Source of the DNA: an uncultured bacterium
GTDB lineage: Bacteria > Oederibacteriota > PGYV01 > CAWJRG01
Direction of reading: 5' to 3'
Length of the DNA stretch: 64,000 bases
NCBI GenBank assembly: GCA_963845185.1
Contig: CAWJRG010000010.1
Location: 32,001 to 96,000 of the forward strand
Under the pieces are notes generated by a model. That model searched no databases and was not told where the DNA came from. It was given only the letters and a program-made list of their open reading frames with translations. Every line of letters begins with the position of its first letter. Within the stretch, counting starts at the first letter, position 1. Shown piece after piece: positions 40,401 to 49,676 of this stretch. The translations under genes were made by a program, and so were the position numbers.

Positions 40401-42030
40401 CAGACTGTGTCATAAGTCTCCGTCCACAGCTGATTGCCGTAGGTAAATTAAAAAATCTACAAAATATCCTGTTTTATACAAAAAACCTGCGTGGCCCGAT
40501 GTTTCTTGCTATCCAAGCTGCGCAATCAACTCCCTGACACCTACAATGCTTATCATTCGAGCCATATTGAAACAACTTGTGAACAACGCCATCTCAGCTC
40601 TTGCTCCTTCAAGCCCTCGCAGCAGAAACCCGCTTACTCCAAGATTTCTTTTAATATGTCCGAACGGCAACTCTGCTTTCTCTTTTCTCAACTTGAAAAT
40701 ATCCTGCGATTCTTTTGTTTTATATTTTTCTTCAAGCAATATTTTTAGTTCTTCGTTTTTTAGCCTCTTTATCATTCTGCCCTTCGGAGACCGGGTGCAT
40801 ACTCCAAAGTTTTTACATTCTATACAAGCCTTTTCTTCAGTAGACCTATATACTTCAAGATTCTTTTTTTTATCAAAACTATGCCATGTCAATATCTGTC
40901 CTTCGGGACAAGTGTAGGTATCTTTCTCTGAATCGTATTGGAATTTATTTTTCCCAAACGGCCCGATGTCTTTTTTCTCTACCTGTTCCTGAGAAGGTAC
41001 TATTACATTTATGTCTTTGTCGTGTATCTTTTTCATTTCTTCTATGCTGGCATATCCGGCATCCCCACACGCATTTTTGCATTTGTTTTCAACTGTTTTC
41101 GCCGCTTCTTCAATCTGACTCCCGAATTGCTTGCGGTCATTGCTTTCGTTTACTACGTCGCTATGCACTATCAGTCCGTGTCTTTCATCTACCACTATCT
41201 GCCCGTTATATCCCGCATGCGTTCCCTGACGCCCTTTTACTTTCACGCATTCCTTGTCTGTCGTATTTATCGACTTTTTCCCCTCGTTCCTTATTTCTTC
41301 CATTACCTCTTTTATCTTTGCTTTTAATTTCTCTTTGCCTCTTAATTTTTCCTTCATCTTTACCAGTGATTCAGCGCCGCTTTCTTCCTCGTCTATCTTT
41401 TCGCTCTCCTTTATTATCGCTTCTATGTTTTCTTCTATCTTCTTTATCCTTTTTTCACACCGCTCCATTGTCCATGTGTTATTTATCGACGCGTTCGCCC
41501 TTATCTTGCTCCCGTCTACAAATAGCGTGTTTCCTTCTATCAATCCCAGTTTCATACACATCTTTGCGCTTTGTTTCATCACGTTTTTCAACATTTCCCG
41601 GTTGTCTTTTCGAAACCTTGCTATTGTTTTATGATCCGGCTTCAATCCTCCCAGCAGCCACATAAAAGACACATTATGATGCGTCGCTCTTTCCAGTTTT
41701 CTCGAACTTCGTGTCCCGTATGAATATCCGTATACCAGCAATTTTATCATAGCCTCAGGGTCGTATTCCGAATTTCCCATTTGCGTTTCATCTATTACTA
41801 TCCCAAGTTCTTCCATTTTCAACGCCTTTACGAACGCGTCGTACGCCCTTACAGGATCATCTTCCCCTACATATTCTTCTATGCTCTGCGGAAACATTGT
41901 CAACTGACTTCGGTCTCCATATCGGTATGCCATTTTTGTCTCCTTTTCTGATGTGTTTTCTGGAGACATTATACCATTTTTTATCTGTCAAATATCGTTT
42001 CAGACTACAAAAACATTATGACACAGTCTG
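40401..42030 (-). mobile_element. IS1182-family insertion sequence, copy 2
   Basis: Same terminal inverted repeats; flanked by 3-bp direct repeat TAA; transposase ORF 40509-41933 differs from copy 1 at one visible residue (D/N). Confidence 0.93.
40509..41933 (-). CDS. IS1182-family DDE transposase
   Basis: Identical to the copy-1 protein except GKNKF versus GKDKF. Confidence 0.95.
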   Translation of the reverse strand: MAYRYGDRSQLTMFPQSIEEYVGEDDPVRAYDAFVKALKMEELGIVIDETQMGNSEYDPEAMIKLLVYGYSYGTRSSRKLERATHHNVSFMWLLGGLKPDHKTIARFRKDNREMLKNVMKQSAKMCMKLGLIEGNTLFVDGSKIRANASINNTWTMERCEKRIKKIEENIEAIIKESEKIDEEESGAESLVKMKEKLRGKEKLKAKIKEVMEEIRNEGKKSINTTDKECVKVKGRQGTHAGYNGQIVVDERHGLIVHSDVVNESNDRKQFGSQIEEAAKTVENKCKNACGDAGYASIEEMKKIHDKDINVIVPSQEQVEKKDIGPFGKNKFQYDSEKDTYTCPEGQILTWHSFDKKKNLEVYRSTEEKACIECKNFGVCTRSPKGRMIKRLKNEELKILLEEKYKTKESQDIFKLRKEKAELPFGHIKRNLGVSGFLLRGLEGARAEMALFTSCFNMARMISIVGVRELIAQLG

Positions 42031-42161
42031 TAAAGCCGTGGTATACATATATTATATTATTTAAAAATTTATAAATCAATAGGTTTTTTGCCTTTTTATG
42101 CGGCAAACCCTATAAAACCTATTTACTAACATATCGTTTGTTTTGTCAAACCGTCGCAAAT

Positions 42162-42518
42162 TCACAGCGTTTTTATCCATTTCTTGATTTCTTTAATATC
42201 GTGTGAAGCAAAATAATTTGCTCCGCGGTTGGCTGCCACATCCGAAGCGAACCTGTCTATATATTGTTTTTGTTCCCAAACCGCCAGGCAATATTTACTT
42301 CCGCAGGTATTTGCTATTAATTCGGCAAGTTCATACTTGTCAAAAACCGGTATAATGCCTTTTTTTTGCCGTATGTCCAATATTGCCGTGTCCATATGTT
42401 TTTCATCCAGCACTTTTTTTACGAACAAAATATAGGATTTAAATAATTCTTTTTCATATTCAACGTTGCATTTGAATAATACATATCCCTTGCATACTCT
42501 GTAAGTTACATTTTCCAC
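42162..42518 (-). CDS. hypothetical protein, possibly SpoIIAA/STAS-like
   Basis: GTG start with SD GAGGGG; ILDIR...F...VA.NRG...A..W pattern. Confidence 0.6.
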   Translation of the reverse strand: MENVTYRVCKGYVLFKCNVEYEKELFKSYILFVKKVLDEKHMDTAILDIRQKKGIIPVFDKYELAELIANTCGSKYCLAVWEQKQYIDRFASDVAANRGANYFASHDIKEIKKWIKTL

Positions 42519-42649
42519 AACCCCTCACCTTTCTTCATTTTCCATTCTCTATTTGGCATTCATTGCCCATTCTGTATCCGGAATTCGGAATTCGTTATTC
42601 AAAAAATTAAATCTGGAATACTGAGTTTCAAATCCAGAATCCTAAAGAA

Positions 42650-42814
42650 CTATATCCCGTATTTCTTTTTAATGTCTTTTTCCGCTTCGAGCCAGTCTGA
42701 CAGGGCATCGCCGGGCTTTTTATTTGCGATTCTTTTCTTGAAATTTTCCCCTGCGAGCTTGCGGATTTCTTCCTGAAATGCCTCTAAGTTCGGTTTCTTT
42801 TTTTCTTGTGCCAT
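42650..42814 (-). CDS. DUF2934-like small protein (54 aa, not in ORF track)
   Basis: Own translation MAQEKKKPNLEAFQEEIRKLAGENFKKRIANKKPGDALSDWLEAEKDIKKKYGI; paralog of 43227-43403. Confidence 0.8.
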   Translation of the reverse strand: MAQEKKKPNLEAFQEEIRKLAGENFKKRIANKKPGDALSDWLEAEKDIKKKYGI

Positions 42815-42832
42815 TATTCTTCGACCATCCTT

Positions 42833-43213
42833 TCAATGAGAGTTTTTTTTAAATATTTCCTCGACTTTCTCGATAAGCTTTTCAGGCGAAAACGGCTTTA
42901 TTACGTACAAGTCTGCTCCTGATTTAATTCCTATTTCAATGTCCATTGCCATGCCCTTTACGGTCAGTAGTATTACTGGTATTGCAGAAGTAGCTTTGTT
43001 CTTTTTCAGCTGTCTGCAGGCTTCGATGCCATCCATTTCCGGCATCATCACGTCCAGGATGACCATATCAGGTTTTGTCTTTTCCACCTCTGATATTGCC
43101 TGCCTGCCGTTTGCCGCTGTATAAATCTGATACTTGTCCGATAGAATATCCGATAACGTCGAAAGAATGATTGGCTCGTCGTCGGCAATTACGATTTTCT
43201 TTTTATCCGCCAT
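42833..43213 (-). CDS. single-domain response regulator receiver
   Basis: IADDE, LDVMMPEMDG, T, KPF. Confidence 0.93.
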   Translation of the reverse strand: MADKKKIVIADDEPIILSTLSDILSDKYQIYTAANGRQAISEVEKTKPDMVILDVMMPEMDGIEACRQLKKNKATSAIPVILLTVKGMAMDIEIGIKSGADLYVIKPFSPEKLIEKVEEIFKKNSH

Positions 43214-43226
43214 TTTTATTTTCTCC

Positions 43227-43403
43227 TTATAAGCTGTATTTCCTTTTTATTTCTTTCTCTGCTTCGAGCCAGTCGGATAAAGCGTCACCCGGTTCGTTGC
43301 CGACAGTTCTTCTGTCATAAATTTTCTGTGCGCGTTTGCGGATTTCGTCCCAGAGTGGTTCAAGAGACGGTTTCTGTTGCGGTTCCTTTGCTTCTTTTAC
43401 CAT
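43227..43403 (-). CDS. DUF2934-like small protein
   Basis: EIRKRAQKIY..R...PGDALSDWLEAE. Confidence 0.8.
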   Translation of the reverse strand: MVKEAKEPQQKPSLEPLWDEIRKRAQKIYDRRTVGNEPGDALSDWLEAEKEIKRKYSL

Positions 43404-43529
43404 TGGCATTCTCCATTTATCCTTACCTTGTACCGGTCTCTTCGCGCCGGTACAGAACAATAAGCTTGGACGATAATAATTTATGTTTTTCTCTCCATAT
43501 TTGCAATCAGTGAGCTTAAGAACCTCCCT

Positions 43530-43690
43530 TGATATCGTTTGTTTTGTCGAGCCGTCATTATGGCAGTCGAATAGTCCGGTGGACTATTTGACGGGTAGTT
43601 TCCATAAGCTATCATATAAAAGCTACCCAGCAAAACATTACAATATCATGTATCTCAAGTCCGAAGCCACCAGGCTGAAGACAAGCGGTA
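43530..43690 (-). ncRNA. structured leader element, copy C (expanded, partly degenerate)
   Basis: ACCGCUUGUCUUCAGCC-UGGU-GGCUUCGGACUUGAG, then UGAUAUUG-UAA-UGUUUUG...CAAAACA-AA-CGAUAUCA then AGGGAGG; extra hairpins in the loop. Confidence 0.6.
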
Positions 43691-43699
43691 TTTATATAT

Positions 43700-43728
43700 A
43701 ATATACATTAAAAGTGAAATTTTTTCAA
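43700..43728 (-). promoter_or_regulatory. sigma70 promoter firing into element copy C
   Basis: TTGAAA-17-TATATT; predicted start a few nt before ACCGCUUGUC. Confidence 0.6.
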
Positions 43729-43809
43729 GTTTTTTTTGTTACACCTTAGGATATACAATAAATTCCCCTATTTTTCTTTATTAAACGGGGTTGAAACCAA
43801 TAGACAGGG

Positions 43810-44802
43810 CTATTTCTTGATTGTAATTATGTGGGCTGCGATAAATAATAAAATCCCTATAAAAAGGAATATATAATAATTTTGTTCGTAATTTTCTATG
43901 GATTTTGTTTTTGTATCGTTTTTTGTCATATTGCTTATGTCTGCCTTAATGTTTTGGAAGGCGTTCGGGTCAATCGCGCTGTAATATTTCCCGCCTGTTA
44001 TTCCCGCTATTTGCTTCAGTTCGGAGTCGTCCATTTTTGTGATAACCACCTGCCCGTTGTATGTTTTATAATACACCCTCCCAAATGCATCCTGACCGTC
44101 CGGCATGGGACCGCCCTGTTCTGTGCCTGCGCCGACCGCGTAAATAGGTATGCCTTCTTTCTGCGCCAGTCGTGCCGCGTCTATCGGCGATATGCCGGAT
44201 AGATTTTCGCCGTCTGTAATAAGAAGCAATACCCGTGATTTCGCGCCTTTATCTATGAGGCGCTGCACGCCTTCTTTTATCGCGTCGCCTATAGCTGTCC
44301 CCTCCTTTGGAAGCATGCCCGGATAAATATTATCAAGTATTAAATCAACTGTTTCGTAATCCAGCGTGAGCGGGCACTGCACAAAAGTGTCTTGCTCAAA
44401 CGCGATTATCCCTATCCTGTCCCCGTCTAAAAGGTTTAAAAAACCCTTAAGCCCCTGCCTGACAATTTCCATCCTGTTTGGCTTCAGGTCCACAGCGAAC
44501 ATGCTCTCGGAAGTGTCGAGGAGCACCATTATATCAATGCCTTTGACTTGCTCGTCGCTCTTTATTGGCGCGCCGTATGGCCTGGCCAGCGCAATGACAA
44601 AAAAAATAAAAGCGACAAAGTAGCATAAATATTTGATTATTGCCCTTGTCCACGAAACGGAAAAAAGAAGTTTTCCCTTTGTCTTGGCGTCCATGAACCT
44701 GTCGTAATTGGCAAGGATTTTATATGCCTTGTAAAAAAAGTACGCGAACAAAGGTACGACAGCTATGAGTAACTTTAATAAATTTTCATTCCCGAAATTC
44801 AC
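43810..44802 (-). CDS. vWA-domain membrane protein (BatB-like)
   Basis: ALARP, MIDAS DTSESM, CPLT.D, ITDGE. Confidence 0.9.
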   Translation of the reverse strand: MNFGNENLLKLLIAVVPLFAYFFYKAYKILANYDRFMDAKTKGKLLFSVSWTRAIIKYLCYFVAFIFFVIALARPYGAPIKSDEQVKGIDIMVLLDTSESMFAVDLKPNRMEIVRQGLKGFLNLLDGDRIGIIAFEQDTFVQCPLTLDYETVDLILDNIYPGMLPKEGTAIGDAIKEGVQRLIDKGAKSRVLLLITDGENLSGISPIDAARLAQKEGIPIYAVGAGTEQGGPMPDGQDAFGRVYYKTYNGQVVITKMDDSELKQIAGITGGKYYSAIDPNAFQNIKADISNMTKNDTKTKSIENYEQNYYIFLFIGILLFIAAHIITIKK

Positions 44803-45806
44803 GCAATCACCCTCGTATACTTAAAAACCTCCAGAAGTAACGCCAGCGCAAGCAGGATGAAACCCAGCCATAAAAAATATTCAAAATTGTCGATGTATTT
44901 GTTGTATGTCTTTACTTTTATGTCCTGCTTCTGGAGTTTCCCGATGGCGTAGTAAATATCGGCCAAAGCCTTTTCATTAGTAGCCCTGAAGTATTGCCCG
45001 CCTGTTATATCCGCAATTGCTTTTAAGGTCTTTTCATCCGGTTCTTCCCATCTCAGGGGCATGCCGAACTGGTTCACAAGCTGGCCGCGCCTTCCAAAAT
45101 TATCGGTTCCTATCATGGGCGCGCCTCCTTTTTGCCCTATGCCTATGGTGTATATCTTGATATTCTTGTACCCTGCGACTCTCGCCGCTTCCAAAGGCGC
45201 TATCCCCCTGTTATTCACGCCGTCCGTAGCCAAAATTATAACTTTTGAGCCTTTTGAATTTTCCAGACGGTTGACAGAAGTAATTATCGCGTCACCCATT
45301 GCCGTTCCGTCAATGCTTACCGTATGTAAATCCAGCTGGCTTATAAAACTCTTTACTATTTCATAATCCGCCGTCAAAGGGCACTGCGTAAAACTGCTTC
45401 CGGCAAATACTACAAGCCCTACCCTGTCTGTTTTAAGCCCTTCCACGAATTTTTCCGCCACTGCTTTCGCCGCTTCTACCCTGCTTGGCTTCAGGTCCTG
45501 CGCCTGCATGCTTCCTGAAAAGTCGAGCGCCAGTATAATATCAATGCCTTTTATGTTTTCCAGCGACTCTTTTTGTATTTGCTGCGGCCTCAAAACCGCG
45601 GTTATCAGCAGTATCAGGCCAATAATTTTAAGGGCATCAGGCAGGAAAATAAGGAAATTTCCAGCTCTGCTTTTTAATTTATTCAGGGAAATCATGTTTG
45701 AAAAAGCCAGCTTTTTAAACTTGAAATCCCTCAACACCGTAAATACCAGATAGGCAACAACAGCGATTACAAGGTAAGGCAGAAGTTTCTCATTGGCGAA
45801 TCTCAT
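44799..45806 (-). CDS. vWA-domain membrane protein (BatA-like)
   Basis: GIDIILALDFSGSM, DRVGLVVF, GTAMGDAI, TDG.NN.G, TGGQYFRA. Confidence 0.92.
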   Translation of the reverse strand: MRFANEKLLPYLVIAVVAYLVFTVLRDFKFKKLAFSNMISLNKLKSRAGNFLIFLPDALKIIGLILLITAVLRPQQIQKESLENIKGIDIILALDFSGSMQAQDLKPSRVEAAKAVAEKFVEGLKTDRVGLVVFAGSSFTQCPLTADYEIVKSFISQLDLHTVSIDGTAMGDAIITSVNRLENSKGSKVIILATDGVNNRGIAPLEAARVAGYKNIKIYTIGIGQKGGAPMIGTDNFGRRGQLVNQFGMPLRWEEPDEKTLKAIADITGGQYFRATNEKALADIYYAIGKLQKQDIKVKTYNKYIDNFEYFLWLGFILLALALLLEVFKYTRVIA

Positions 45807-46690
45807 CTTTCAGACCTCCGCCTTTCCCTCATCTTAAAAAAGGTTATAAGGTTATTGATGAAAGGCTCCCCGCAGTTCAATGTTATTGCGTCGATTCCCA
45901 TGGACTTGAATGTTTTGAAAAGGCTGTCGTCTGCCCTTTTTGAATCCTTTTTGAATTTTTCCATTGATTTTTTGTCCGACGTGTCAACCCAGGAAGTGGT
46001 ATTTGTTTCCGGGTCGTAAAATGGGAAGTAACCCATGTCTGGGATTTCCGCATCGCGCCTGTCGCGAAGCACGACCGCGATGACGTCGTTGTGGTATTTC
46101 AATACCTTGAGAGCATTCTGGAAATTTTTGCTGTCGTAAAAATCCGATATCACGAATACCGTGCTGCGTTTTTTCAATATATGGCTCAGGTAAACCAGGG
46201 CATTGCCTATGTCGGTTTTATTGTCCTTTTGTTTGTGATAAAGCACTTCCCTTATTATCCTTAAAACGTGCTTTTTGCCTTTTTTGGCGGCAACGTATTT
46301 TTCTACGCCTGTCGAAAACCCCAGAAATCCAACCCGGTCGTTGTTCATATGTGCGGCAAATCCGAGCGCTGCCACGAATTCGAACATGAGTTCCCTTTTC
46401 AAATATTCGCTCGACCCAAAATCGAGCGAGCCGCTCATGTCAGCCGCGAACATAACCTGCAATTCGCGCTCCTCGATAAATGTTTTTACGTAGGGTATAT
46501 TAGTGCGTGCGGTAACGTTCCAGTCAATGGTCCTCACGTCGTCGCCCTCTGCGTACTCCCGCACCTCGGTAAATTCGATGCCGCGCCCCTTAAAAGAAGA
46601 CAAATATTCTCCCTGGAGCACGGTGTCCACAAGGTGCCGCGTGGTTATTTCGATTCTTTTGATTTTTTTCAGGATGTCTTTTGATATCAT
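45803..46690 (-). CDS. DUF58 family protein
   Basis: FKGRGIEF.EVREY..GDDVRTIDWNVTAR, EERE, ISDF. Confidence 0.95.
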   Translation of the reverse strand: MISKDILKKIKRIEITTRHLVDTVLQGEYLSSFKGRGIEFTEVREYAEGDDVRTIDWNVTARTNIPYVKTFIEERELQVMFAADMSGSLDFGSSEYLKRELMFEFVAALGFAAHMNNDRVGFLGFSTGVEKYVAAKKGKKHVLRIIREVLYHKQKDNKTDIGNALVYLSHILKKRSTVFVISDFYDSKNFQNALKVLKYHNDVIAVVLRDRRDAEIPDMGYFPFYDPETNTTSWVDTSDKKSMEKFKKDSKRADDSLFKTFKSMGIDAITLNCGEPFINNLITFFKMRERRRSER

Positions 46691-46800
46691 GGTTTTGTTT
46701 TATGCAGCCGCCTGACTGCCCCGTAAAGCAAAACAAAAATCGTATTGGGTATTATTAGGCAACTCCCGCGGCTGGACTTATTTCCTTTCATCCCGCCGGA

Positions 46801-47784
46801 TCACGGGACTTTTACCTTGTTGACAATCTGCTTTATGACATCGTCGGTTGTTATTTCCTCTGCCTCTGCCTCGTAAGACAGGATTATCCTGTGCCTTAAG
46901 ACGTCGAATATGACTTCCTTTACGTCGTCCGGCGACGCGTAGCCGTTGCCGTTGATGAAAGCATTTGCCTTGGCGGCAAGGATGAGGTTTATCGACGCCC
47001 TCGGCGAGCACCCGTATTCTATTATGTGTCCGAGATCCAGCCTGTAGTCCTGCGGTTTTCTTGTTGCAAACACTATGTCAATCACGTATTGTTTTATTTC
47101 CTTGTCCACGTATATCGAATCTACTATTTTTCTCATGTCAAGGATGTCTTTTGGTTTCAGGATTACGTCGACCGGTATTTCCTCGCCTGTGGTCATCCTG
47201 TTTACTATTTCCAGTTCCTCGACTTTGTCAGGATAATCAATTACTGTCTTCATTAAAAACCTGTCCACCTGCGCCTCGGGCAGTGCATACGTGCCTTCGG
47301 TCTCTATGGGGTTTTGTGTGGCTAGCACTATAAACGGCTCTTCGAGCTTGAATGTTTTTTCTGCTATGGTCACCTGCTTTTCCTGCATGGCTTCCAGCAG
47401 GGCAGACTGCACCTTTGCCGGTGCCCTGTTTATCTCGTCGGCAAGTATTATATTTGCGAATATTGGCCCGAGCGATATGCTGAAATCGCCTGTCCTCGCG
47501 TTGTAGATCCTTGTGCCTGTCAGGTCTGCGGGCAATAAGTCGGGCGTAAATTGTATGCGCGAAAATTTAGCCTGTATTGTCTGCGCAAGGGTTTTCACGC
47601 CCAGGGTTTTTGCAAGCCCGGGCACGCCTTCCAGCAAAACATGCCCCCTGCACAGCAGTCCCATTACAAGCGCGCGAAGCATGCCTTTCTGCCCTACTAT
47701 TACTTTTTCCACTTCATTAAAAACTTCGCTTAGCTTTTCTGATTTTTCTTTGTCTTTCTCCGACAGTTTTACGTTCTTGCTCAT
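46801..47784 (-). CDS. moxR: MoxR-family AAA+ ATPase
   Basis: EGVPGLAKT, RIQFTPDLLP.D, DEINRAPAKVQSALLEAMQE, ATQNPIE.EGTY.LPEAQ.DRF. Confidence 0.96.
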   Translation of the reverse strand: MSKNVKLSEKDKEKSEKLSEVFNEVEKVIVGQKGMLRALVMGLLCRGHVLLEGVPGLAKTLGVKTLAQTIQAKFSRIQFTPDLLPADLTGTRIYNARTGDFSISLGPIFANIILADEINRAPAKVQSALLEAMQEKQVTIAEKTFKLEEPFIVLATQNPIETEGTYALPEAQVDRFLMKTVIDYPDKVEELEIVNRMTTGEEIPVDVILKPKDILDMRKIVDSIYVDKEIKQYVIDIVFATRKPQDYRLDLGHIIEYGCSPRASINLILAAKANAFINGNGYASPDDVKEVIFDVLRHRIILSYEAEAEEITTDDVIKQIVNKVKVP

Positions 47785-47899
47785 TTTTTACCTCCGCCAG
47801 TCATAGTATATAAATTGAATTATTTTCCGTTTTATTTTTCACATTTGCGTTATTGTTTAAAAATGCGGTGTGTAGAAACATTGCTTTTATGCCTATATT

Positions 47900-48634
47900 T
47901 TAGTTTTCTATAACTACTATCATCCCCTGCTTGGCATACTTTGAAAGTTCCATGATTTCGATGTTTTTAAGCCTTATGCAGCCTGTCGTCGCGTCGTGCC
48001 CAAGCGCTTTTTCGTCGTTTGTGCCGTGTATGCCTATGGACGATCCTGGCGCGCCGCAGTTTTTTCTGTCTTTTTTTGCTTTTTCGTAATTTTTTTTGTC
48101 GTCTGCGTTTGGGTAATTTATCCTCATAAATACAGGGCCGTAGGCATTCATGCCAAGGTCGTCTTTTGTGCCCCATTTTTTATGCCCGTCAACTGCGCGC
48201 ATCAGGACCTTGTTCATTTTTTCAAGGCTTGCTTTTCCCTCAACATATTCCTTGTAAAGCATGTCGTAAAGCTTCTTTTTTGTTGCGTATTTTTTCGATT
48301 TTTTATCAGCGCTGTTGAGCTCGTCTTTCATGTTTTTCAGGTTCTCCGGCTCTTCGTACTGCCATATCTGCGTTATTTTATAAACTCCCTCGGGCGTCCT
48401 GTTGTCGTTTTCGCATATCTTTTTCCCGTTTTCCATCCCTGTCGCTATCTTGCATTCCATTATATCATCCAAATCGCCGTTAATAAGGTAAAGCTTTTTT
48501 TCACCTTTTTTTATATAGATAATATATTTGTCTTTATTGTTCTCAAAGTATTTTTTCAAAAAAGAAAAATTTTTCGCGTTTATAACCGCAGTCAAAAAAA
48601 CAGCGCAAAGTATCACGCCAAAGATTCTTTTCAT
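47900..48634 (-). CDS. L,D-transpeptidase (YkuD family)
   Basis: D.RTPEG.Y, INYPN, IGIHGT...TTGCIRL. Confidence 0.88.
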   Translation of the reverse strand: MKRIFGVILCAVFLTAVINAKNFSFLKKYFENNKDKYIIYIKKGEKKLYLINGDLDDIMECKIATGMENGKKICENDNRTPEGVYKITQIWQYEEPENLKNMKDELNSADKKSKKYATKKKLYDMLYKEYVEGKASLEKMNKVLMRAVDGHKKWGTKDDLGMNAYGPVFMRINYPNADDKKNYEKAKKDRKNCGAPGSSIGIHGTNDEKALGHDATTGCIRLKNIEIMELSKYAKQGMIVVIEN

Positions 48635-48635
48635 T

Positions 48636-49664
48636 TTAATCAAGCACCTCGATTTTCAAATCAGGCCTTTTGATGATTTCAAATTTCACGCCTGCTTCCC
48701 TGAATAAATCCTCGTACGTTTTGTCGGGATAGTAGCTGCTTGTGACAAACCTCTTTATCTTCGCGTTGACTGCCATCTTTGCGCATATTATACAAGGTGA
48801 ATGTGTGCAATAAATAGTCGCGCCATCGGTGCTGGTCCCGTGCAAAGCTGCCTGTATTATGGCGTTTTGCTCCGCATGTACCGCCCTGCATATTTCATGC
48901 CTTGTACCCGAAGCTATTCCTTCCTGATCGCGCAGGCAGCCCAGATCAATGCAGTCTTTTACGCCTGACGCAGCCCCGTTGTACCCCGAACTTATCAAAT
49001 GGTTGTTTTTCACTATTACAGCTCCCACGTGGTGTCTAAGGCACGTAGACCTTTCTGCAACCAAACATGCCATTTTCATAAAATATTCATCCCAGCTCGG
49101 CCTTGTGTATGGTTTATAATTTAATTCCTTCAATATTGCCTCGATTTTTCCGAAAAGCTCCACGGGCGTGCCGTTGTTTTCTATTTTATAATCTGCCTTT
49201 TCAAGGCAATTTGCGAGTTGTTGCGCCTTGTCGTCTGCAGAATTTTCTTTTTCTTCCTTTTTCTTGAATTCCTCAAGTGTTTCGCCGTCGCCTGGCCTTC
49301 CTCTTTTTTTCGCGCGCTCAAAACGTGTTTTTATGTCTGCCGTAACTCCTATCAGCTTAAAACTTTTCAGGTTCGCGCGCAGTTCCTCGATTTCATAAGG
49401 GTTCCTGATGCTGTCAATCGCGGCCTGGGGCGAATTTTTTATTTTGGTGACCGTCCTTTTAGCCAGCACCTGCGGGCCCTCCTTTTCCCTAAGTTCGTTG
49501 CCTATTGCTATCAGGTTGTCGCGCGTTGGGTCCAGCCCTCTTTTTTTCGCCTCGCCTCTTATGATGTCGGAAAGCGAAAAAGCGATAAATTTCTGCTTTT
49601 CAACAAGGTATTTTATTGCCTCGCCTTTTCCTGATGCGTTTGGTCCTGTGAATCCTAAAAACAT
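48636..49664 (-). CDS. P-loop kinase-like domain fused to dCMP deaminase
   Basis: N-terminal [16 protein letters not shown]-terminal [31 protein letters not shown]. Confidence 0.92.
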   Translation of the reverse strand: MFLGFTGPNASGKGEAIKYLVEKQKFIAFSLSDIIRGEAKKRGLDPTRDNLIAIGNELREKEGPQVLAKRTVTKIKNSPQAAIDSIRNPYEIEELRANLKSFKLIGVTADIKTRFERAKKRGRPGDGETLEEFKKKEEKENSADDKAQQLANCLEKADYKIENNGTPVELFGKIEAILKELNYKPYTRPSWDEYFMKMACLVAERSTCLRHHVGAVIVKNNHLISSGYNGAASGVKDCIDLGCLRDQEGIASGTRHEICRAVHAEQNAIIQAALHGTSTDGATIYCTHSPCIICAKMAVNAKIKRFVTSSYYPDKTYEDLFREAGVKFEIIKRPDLKIEVLD

Positions 49665-49676
49665 GTTTAGTCTCCT

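Noticed and set aside
28644..42030. Composite transposon formed by the two IS copies
   Set aside because: Outer flanks (AAA versus TAA) are not a target duplication, copy 2 has its own TAA/TAA duplication, and the interval contains rpoZ
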